64,000 bases of DNA from Planctomycetota bacterium (GTDB lineage Bacteria; Planctomycetota; UBA1135; UBA2386). The notes under the pieces are model-generated. The model did not search any database and had not been told where the DNA came from. It saw nothing but the letters and a program-made list of their open reading frames with translations. Below, piece after piece: positions 57,927 to 64,000 of the stretch. Every line of letters starts with the position of its first letter. Position 1 is the stretch's first letter. The stretch spans positions 64,001 to 128,000 of the forward strand of contig CANMWZ010000002.1 of the NCBI GenBank assembly GCA_947501605.1, written 5' to 3'. Made by a program: the position numbers and the translations under genes.

Positions 57927-59111
57927 TCACGGGACGAGAACTGGGGCGAGGAAGACGCGGAACCCGACACTGTTGTAGGCGCCAGAGGCATCGCCGCTGG
58001 CCCGATGCGCAGCGCGGCAGGCATTCGAATAGAGGCCGAAGCTACCGCCGCGTCGGACGCGTTCCGGGCCGCTCGACACAAGTGGATCGGACACAGCGGA
58101 CGAAGGGTAGTTCGCCGACAAATCCCACGAGTCGAGGCACCACTCCCAAACGTTGCCGGCAACATCGTGGAGCCCCCACGGATTGGCAGGATAGCTGCCG
58201 ACGTTCGCCGTGTGGCCGATGCTGCAGGAAGTGTTGGTGTGGTAGCTGAACCAGAAGTTCGCTTGCCCGCACGCCATCGCCTGGCCCCACCAGTACTCCG
58301 TCGTCGTCCCCGCGCGGTAGCAGTACTCCCACTCCGCCTCGGTCGGCAGGCGGTATTGGAAGCCAGCAGGCACCCGACCCGCAGCGGCCTCCGACGCCGT
58401 CAGCGCCTGGCAGTAGGCCATCGCCTGGGTCCATGTGACCTGCTCCACCGGCCGCTGCGGACCAGTGAAGTTCGACGGGTTGCTCCCCATCACCGCTTGG
58501 TACTCCGCCTGCGTCGCCTCGTACTTCCCGATCCAGAACGGCTGCGTGATCGTCACCGCGTGAACAGGCTGCGCGTTCGCCTGGTTGAACAAGGGCGCAG
58601 CGTTCCACGGCGTCACCGGCGAGCCCATCTGGAACGTCCCCGGCTGGATCCGGACCATGTTCAGCCCCTGCCCGATCACCCCCTGCCCGATCGTCAACTC
58701 GAGGTCGTTGTCCGCCCACGCGATGTCACTCGTCGCGAAGTCCACGTCGACGGTCTGCACGTCGAACGAGAAGCCCTGGAACACGAAGTCCGTCGGGATC
58801 GGCACCGAGACCCCGTGGCTCCCCGACCCGTCGAGCAACCAGAACGACGTCAGCAGTTGGTTGTTCAGGTCGACGCGCACGAGCCCGTTCGAGGTGAAGC
58901 CCGGCACCGTGAGCGGCTGCGATGTCAGCTCGGGCAGCGTCAGCAGGAAGAACCCGAAGCGACCCGCCGCCGAAGCCGGATACGTCGCCGTGTAGGTCGA
59001 CGTGACGCCGAGATCAGGAAGCGTGCCGAGGGTCACCGAGCGACCTGTCTGTGCCATTGCCGCCGCGACGCAGAGGACGAGCGCGCATGAGGAGCGGAGC
59101 AACCTGGACAT
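57927..59111 (-). CDS. Secreted FGE-sulfatase/SUMF1-domain (C-type lectin fold) protein; candidate DGR target
   Basis: Signal peptide; GTFQMGS, YRLPTEAEWEY..RAGT, NPWGLHDVAGNVWEWC, RVRRGGS...GFRV; lacks the catalytic Cys pair of true FGE. Confidence 0.88.
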   Translation of the reverse strand: MSRLLRSSCALVLCVAAAMAQTGRSVTLGTLPDLGVTSTYTATYPASAAGRFGFFLLTLPELTSQPLTVPGFTSNGLVRVDLNNQLLTSFWLLDGSGSHGVSVPIPTDFVFQGFSFDVQTVDVDFATSDIAWADNDLELTIGQGVIGQGLNMVRIQPGTFQMGSPVTPWNAAPLFNQANAQPVHAVTITQPFWIGKYEATQAEYQAVMGSNPSNFTGPQRPVEQVTWTQAMAYCQALTASEAAAGRVPAGFQYRLPTEAEWEYCYRAGTTTEYWWGQAMACGQANFWFSYHTNTSCSIGHTANVGSYPANPWGLHDVAGNVWEWCLDSWDLSANYPSSAVSDPLVSSGPERVRRGGSFGLYSNACRAAHRASGDASGAYNSVGFRVFLAPVLVP

Positions 59112-59345
59112 CTTCGGACTCCCGGCCCCCGTCGAGGGCGAAGTGGGACAGCATTCCTCGATCCCGTGCATCGCGACTCCAGCCGCCGCAAGCCGTCCGA
59201 GAAACCAGGATCGTCGAGGAACCTAACGACAGGTCAACCCGAGGAGCTCACATTTCTCTCCCGACGAACTCTCCGCATCGCACCGCGAGGCAATAGGGCT
59301 GGGCCCCGGCCCAGGCGATCCGCTCCGCGCCTCTTCGACCCCGCC

Positions 59346-59954
59346 TCACGACTCCATCGCCGGCGGCATCTGCGCGATGCGCCACAGCTCGCGATACTTC
59401 TCGCGAACGTAACTGTGCAGCCCGCCCGCGAAGTGCTCCCCCAACTCGTTCGCGCGAATCAACCGGATCACGTCGTCGAAGTCGCGCGGCCGGTCGGGCG
59501 CGGTCATCGCACTCGCGACCTTCATCCCCACCAGCGTCGCAAGATCGACATACCGCTTGCCCACTTTCTCGATCGCCACGTCCTTCGGATCGGGGAACGT
59601 CATCCCCCTCATCACGCCGTCGCCCGGCACGCCGCCCGTCAGCAGGAAGTCGATCGGCACTTTCGTCTCCGCATCCTTCACCCCGCGACTGCCGGGGAAC
59701 TTCTCGACGAAGCCGCGGCCCAACGCGTGCGCCTTGAACTGCGCGAGGCCCTCGGGTGTCAGCAGCACGTCGACGTCCTCGGTCGCGCGCCTCAACCCGT
59801 GCGCGTTCACGGCCATCGCCCCGCAGATCGCATACGGGATCCCCAACTCCTCCAACGTCTTGACCACGCGCGCCAGCGCTAGATGCACGTCCGAGGTGCC
59901 CATGAAGAACCTCCCGAGCTGTTCGATGCTGGCCAAGATCTCGGCGTCCTTCAT
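59346..59954 (-). CDS. Nucleotidyltransferase-superfamily (DNA pol beta-like) hypothetical protein
   Basis: YAICGAMAVNAHG..RATEDVDVL, IDFL, MK...RPRDFDD; this is the C-terminal 202 aa of the longer tracked ORF. Confidence 0.7.
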   Translation of the reverse strand: MKDAEILASIEQLGRFFMGTSDVHLALARVVKTLEELGIPYAICGAMAVNAHGLRRATEDVDVLLTPEGLAQFKAHALGRGFVEKFPGSRGVKDAETKVPIDFLLTGGVPGDGVMRGMTFPDPKDVAIEKVGKRYVDLATLVGMKVASAMTAPDRPRDFDDVIRLIRANELGEHFAGGLHSYVREKYRELWRIAQMPPAMES

Positions 59955-60125
59955 GGTCACCGCAGCATCTTGGCTCAGCGGACCTGACGCCGAAAGGGGG
60001 CAAGCGAAGCGCGCGATTCCTGAGCACGCCCTCCGCCACACCCGAGCCCATCCCCCAAGATCCCCGCCCCCCCGCCAACCTTCCCCGTCGCGCCGCCCCC
60101 GCCTCCATGGCATCCTCTCCCCGCC

Positions 60126-61346
60126 ATGCACGTCGTCCTCGTCGAGCCCTGCTTCCCCAAGAACCAGCGCGAGTTCCTGCGCGGTCTCCTCGCCACCGGC
60201 GCCACCATCAGCGCCATCAGCGAACGCGCACCCGAGTCGCTCCCCGACGAACTTCGCCGCCCTCTGTTCGGTTACGAGCAGGTCAAGAACGTCGTCGACG
60301 AAGGCGCCCTCGCCGATGCCGTACGCCGACTCGCAGCACGACGCCCGGTCGATCGCCTCGAGGCCACCGTCGAAGCCCACGTCATGGCCGCGGCCCACGT
60401 GCGCGAGTCCCTCAAGATCCACGGCACTACCGCCAAGACCGCGTGGCTCTGCCGCGACAAGCCGGCGATGAAGGACGCCGTCCGCGCGGCCGGCATCGGC
60501 TGCGCCGCCAGTGCGCGCGTGCAGAAGAGCGATGACGCGCGCGCGTTCGTGAAGCAGCACGGCTATCCCGTCATCGTCAAGCCGCTCGACGGTGCCGGTG
60601 CGTCCGGCGCCACGCGGTGCGACGACGACGCCCAACTCGAAGCCGGGCTCACGGCGTTGCACGTCGACCAGGGCCGCGCGATCGCGATCGAAGAGTTCCT
60701 CACCGGCCACGAGGGCTTCTACGACACCATCACCATCGCCGGCCATGTCGCCATCGACTTCGCCACGCACTACTACCCCAACGTGCTCGAAGCGATGCGC
60801 ACGCGGTGGATCTCGCCGCAGATCGTCACCACCAATCGCATCGACCAGCCCGGTTACCAAGAACTGCGCGCGATGGGCCAGAAGGCGATCACGGCACTCG
60901 GCCTGTGGACCTCGGCGACGCACATGGAGTGGTTCCATGGCGACAAGGGGCTGAAGTTCTCCGAGATCGGTTGCCGGCCGCCGGGCGTTGGTGTGTGGGA
61001 CATCTACAGCGCCGCCAATGAGTTCGACATCTACCGCGCCTGGGGCGAAGCCGTCGTCCACGGCCGCATCACGCAGCGCCCCAACCGCCACTTCTGCGGT
61101 GGCATGATCGCGCTGCGTCCCGATCGCGACGGTGTCATCTACAGCTACGACGGCGTCGAGCAGATGCAGCGGGACTTCGGCCGCCACATCCTCGACTCGC
61201 ACTTCCCGACGCCCGGCACCAAGACCCAAGGCGTCGAGGCCGGCTACATGGCCAACGCCTACGTGCGCGTGCGCCATCAAGACTACGACGAACTCCGCCG
61301 CATCCTCGACCGCATCGGCGAGACCGTGAAGGTCAAGGCCCGCTGA
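60126..61346 (+). CDS. ATP-grasp domain protein (paralogue 3)
   Basis: CRDKPAMK, YPVIVKPLDGAGA, IEEFLTGHE, THMEWF, SEIGCRPPG. Confidence 0.88.
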   Translation: MHVVLVEPCFPKNQREFLRGLLATGATISAISERAPESLPDELRRPLFGYEQVKNVVDEGALADAVRRLAARRPVDRLEATVEAHVMAAAHVRESLKIHGTTAKTAWLCRDKPAMKDAVRAAGIGCAASARVQKSDDARAFVKQHGYPVIVKPLDGAGASGATRCDDDAQLEAGLTALHVDQGRAIAIEEFLTGHEGFYDTITIAGHVAIDFATHYYPNVLEAMRTRWISPQIVTTNRIDQPGYQELRAMGQKAITALGLWTSATHMEWFHGDKGLKFSEIGCRPPGVGVWDIYSAANEFDIYRAWGEAVVHGRITQRPNRHFCGGMIALRPDRDGVIYSYDGVEQMQRDFGRHILDSHFPTPGTKTQGVEAGYMANAYVRVRHQDYDELRRILDRIGETVKVKAR

Positions 61347-61390
61347 GCGATCCCACCCACTTCCCTTCCCTGCGAACGATCCACCCACCG

Positions 61391-62752
61391 ATGTCGTCCA
61401 CGTCCCGTCGCGACTTCTTCCTCACCGCCGCTGCCGCCGCTGCCGCGTTCTCCGCCGCCTCGTGCAGCAGCGCTCGCGGTCGACGCCCCAGTGCCAATGA
61501 ACGCCTTCGGGTCGCGCAGATCGGCTGCGGCGGCAAGGGTCTGTCGGACCTGCAGGCGGTAGCCAAACGCCACGACATCGTTGCGCTTTGCGACGTCGAC
61601 GACGGCAAGGCGAGCAACGCGCGAGCAGAACACCCAAAGGCCACGTTCTACCACGACTACCGCGACCTGCTGGACCGCGAGAAGCTCGATGCGGTCGTCA
61701 TCAGCACGCCCGACCACAGCCACGCGGTGCCGGCGTTGATCGCCATGCAACTCGGCTTGCATGTGTTCGTGCAGAAGCCACTGGCCCACACGGTCGAAGA
61801 AGCCCGTGTGATGCTGCAGGCCGCGCGCAAGTACGGCGTCATCACGTCGATGGGCAACCAGGGCACGTGCCTTGATGGCTTCCGCGCCGCGGCGGAGTTC
61901 GTCCGCAGCGGTGCCATCGGCAACGTCACCGAAGTGCACGTCTGGACCAACCGCCCGGTGTGGCCGCAAGGCATCGAACGACAGAAGCACATCGACCCGA
62001 TCCCGGCCTCGTTCCGTTGGGATCTCTGGCTCGGCGCGGCCCCCTACCGTCCGTTCGCCGCCGCCCGCAAGGAAACGGGGTTCTCGGGCTACGCGCCGTT
62101 CCATTGGCGCGGCTTCTGGGACTTTGGCACCGGCGCGCTCGGCGACATGGCCTGCCACGTCGCCAACCTGCCGTTCTTCGCCCTCGAACTCGGTGCGCCC
62201 ATCTGGGTCGAAGGCAACGGTGAAGGGCAGACCGACGACACCGGCCCCAAGGCCTCGACGATCCGCTTCGGCTTCGCCGCGCGCGGCAACCGCGGGCCCG
62301 TTGTGCTGCACTGGTATGACGGCGGTCGGTTGCCACCGGCCTCCGTCCTGCCCGACGAAGCCGAGCGCAAAGGCCTGCGCGCCCTCACCGAGGGCGGGTT
62401 CTTGCTCGTGGGCGACCAGGGCAAGCTGTTCTCGCCCACCGACTACGGCGAGAGCTTCGCGCTCTATCCCAAGCAGAAGTTCCAGAACGTGCCGAAGCCC
62501 GAGCAGACGTTGCCGCGGTCACCAGGCATCCACGACGAATGGCTCGACGGCATCGTCGCGGGCAGCCAACCGATGGCGAGCTTTGAGTACTCCGCCCCGT
62601 TCACCGAGACGATGTTGCTCGGCAACGTTGCGCTGCGCCTGGGTCGCCGCCTCGAGTGGGATGCCGCAGCAATGCGCGTGACGAACGACGCCAATGCCGA
62701 GCAATTCCTGAAGAAGGAGTATCGGCGCGGGTTCGAACTGACTCGGCCCTGA
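61391..62752 (+). CDS. Tat-exported Gfo/Idh/MocA oxidoreductase
   Basis: SRRDFF twin-arginine motif, IGCGGKG, STPDHSH, QKPLAHT, GTGALGDMACH. Confidence 0.92.
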   Translation: MSSTSRRDFFLTAAAAAAAFSAASCSSARGRRPSANERLRVAQIGCGGKGLSDLQAVAKRHDIVALCDVDDGKASNARAEHPKATFYHDYRDLLDREKLDAVVISTPDHSHAVPALIAMQLGLHVFVQKPLAHTVEEARVMLQAARKYGVITSMGNQGTCLDGFRAAAEFVRSGAIGNVTEVHVWTNRPVWPQGIERQKHIDPIPASFRWDLWLGAAPYRPFAAARKETGFSGYAPFHWRGFWDFGTGALGDMACHVANLPFFALELGAPIWVEGNGEGQTDDTGPKASTIRFGFAARGNRGPVVLHWYDGGRLPPASVLPDEAERKGLRALTEGGFLLVGDQGKLFSPTDYGESFALYPKQKFQNVPKPEQTLPRSPGIHDEWLDGIVAGSQPMASFEYSAPFTETMLLGNVALRLGRRLEWDAAAMRVTNDANAEQFLKKEYRRGFELTRP

Positions 62753-62753
62753 A

Positions 62754-62787
62754 CACGAGCTAGCCCTGAGCACGAGCCAGCCCTGAG
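62754..62787 (+). repeat. 17-bp tandem duplication between convergent genes
   Basis: CACGAGCTAGCCCTGAG followed by CACGAGCCAGCCCTGAG. Confidence 0.85.
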
Positions 62788-62816
62788 AGGTGGGCGCCCG
62801 CGCCGGGGCGCTCGGC

Positions 62817-64000
62817 TCAGCGCCCGCCGTCGTCGGGCTTGATCGGATCGACGGTCGGCGTCGCGTCCTTCGGCGAAGGCGCGATCGGAGCCCGGCCCTT
62901 CACCTGTCGGTCCATCCAATCGACCATCTCCCACACACAGTGCAGCACGGACTCGCGGGCGTAGTAGCCGTGCGCTTCGTGCGGCAGCATGCACAGGCGG
63001 GCCGCGCCACCGTGACCCTTGATGGCCGCGAATAGCCGCTGGCTCTGCAACGGCCACGTCCCCTGGTTGTTGTCATCCTCGCCGTGGATCAGCAGGATCG
63101 GCTCGTTGAGCTTGTCGGCATGGGCAAACGGCGACATCGCGAGGTAGACCTCGGGCGATTCCCAGAAGGTCCGCTCCTCGTTCTGAAAGCCAAACGGGGT
63201 GAGGGTCCGGTTGTAGGCGCCGCTGCGTGCGATCGCGGTGGCGAAGAGGTCGCTGTGGCAGAGCAGGTTGGCCGCCATGAAAGCCCCGTAGCTGTGGCCG
63301 CCGACGGCGATTTGGTGCGGTTCCGCGACGCCGCGTGAGACCAGCAGATCGACCGCGGCCTTCGCATCGTCGACAAGTTGTTGCACGTAGGTGTCGTTGG
63401 CGCCGCGCACCGGACCGACGATCGGCATCGCGGTTTCGTCGAGCACGGCGTAGCCAGCGAGCAGCAGCCAGAGGTGGCTGATGCCGGCAAAGCGCGTGTA
63501 GCGCGTCGGCGCCGAGCGCACTTGGCCGGCGTCGGCCGCGCGCGTGAACTCCTGCGGATAGGCCCAGACCAGCGTCGGGTGCTTCTGGCCGGGCTGGTGC
63601 CCTGGCGGCAAATAGAGCGTCGCTGACAGGGCAACCCCGTCGCTGCGTTCGTAGCGGATCAACTCGCGCGAGATCGACTTCGACACTTCGAGGGCTGGAT
63701 CCTGGAACGTCGTGAGCGGCGTGCGCGCACCCGTCGCGAGCACCACGATGGCGTAGTTTGGTGCGTCCTGCGGCGACTCGCTGCGGATCACGATGCGATC
63801 GTCGGCAAGGAAGCCCGCGAAGGTCTCGTAGCGACCAACAGCGCATTGCCACAATCGCACCGACGTGCCGGTTGCCGGATCCCAGCTGGAAAGGAATGGG
63901 CGTTCGCCATCCGGGCTCGCGCCGCGACCGCTGCGATACAGCAGCGCCCCACGCTGCCGCAGCGCCCGACGACCGTCGGGCAGCGTCTCTTCCACCGGCG
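62817..64000 (-). CDS. S9-family (prolyl oligopeptidase/glutamyl peptidase-like) peptidase, C-terminal part
   Basis: GGHSYG nucleophile elbow, ARSGAYNRTLTPFGFQ, HGEDDNN, EAHGY; frame open to the right edge. Confidence 0.9.
   Translation of the reverse strand, partial: PVEETLPDGRRALRQRGALLYRSGRGASPDGERPFLSSWDPATGTSVRLWQCAVGRYETFAGFLADDRIVIRSESPQDAPNYAIVVLATGARTPLTTFQDPALEVSKSISRELIRYERSDGVALSATLYLPPGHQPGQKHPTLVWAYPQEFTRAADAGQVRSAPTRYTRFAGISHLWLLLAGYAVLDETAMPIVGPVRGANDTYVQQLVDDAKAAVDLLVSRGVAEPHQIAVGGHSYGAFMAANLLCHSDLFATAIARSGAYNRTLTPFGFQNEERTFWESPEVYLAMSPFAHADKLNEPILLIHGEDDNNQGTWPLQSQRLFAAIKGHGGAARLCMLPHEAHGYYARESVLHCVWEMVDWMDRQVKGRAPIAPSPKDATPTVDPIKPDDGGR

Noticed and set aside
57828..57930. 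Replication terminus (dif) at the skew switch
   Set aside because: No dif-like 28-mer was recognised and the skew fades within a few kb, so it is kept only as an alternative explanation.
57927..59111. True formylglycine-generating enzyme call
   Set aside because: The C-terminal segment lacks the catalytic Cys pair, and no sulfatase gene is nearby.
59112..59345. Possible DGR template repeat upstream of the FGE gene
   Set aside because: No AAC/AAT-rich copy of the variable segment was seen here or elsewhere by eye, and no ORF has reverse transcriptase motifs.
59955..61388. N-terminal part of the 680-aa minus-strand ORF
   Set aside because: It is the antisense shadow of ATP-grasp 3; only 59346-59954 looks like a real gene.

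Overview
High-GC, gene-dense bacterial chromosome segment with about 55 CDS and one tRNA-Lys(UUU). The gene repertoire suggests an uncultured Planctomycetota lineage (FHA-Ser/Thr kinase, prenyltransferase-repeat protein, Tat Gfo/Idh/MocA, FGE-domain protein, lpxB); this is inference only. Most of it is housekeeping: pgi, pgk, gap, tilS, trkA, lpxB, ubiD-family, lepB, ribH-nusB-ftsY, rpsB-tsf-pyrH-frr and glnS. No transposase, integrase, reverse transcriptase or CRISPR array was seen. The most interesting signals lie between 41 and 62 kb. (1) A secreted FGE-type C-type-lectin-fold gene has a 3' end with the codon pattern of a diversity-generating-retroelement (DGR) variable region plus downstream hairpins, but no RT or template repeat is in the window; it sits at a sharp local G/C strand-skew inversion. 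(2) Three paralogous ATP-grasp ligases surround glycogen synthase, and two are in line with an RND exporter. (3) A chromosomal dihydropteroate synthase carries the Sul-type DPGMGFFLG signature. (4) A secreted protein has a possible remote lysyl-oxidase-like motif series and shares a beta domain with the FGE protein. The window also holds two apparent pseudoenzymes, recurrent symmetric bidirectional -10 boxes (ANNNTANNNT) and leaderless-type starts. All family calls come from motif recognition by eye; no searches were run.
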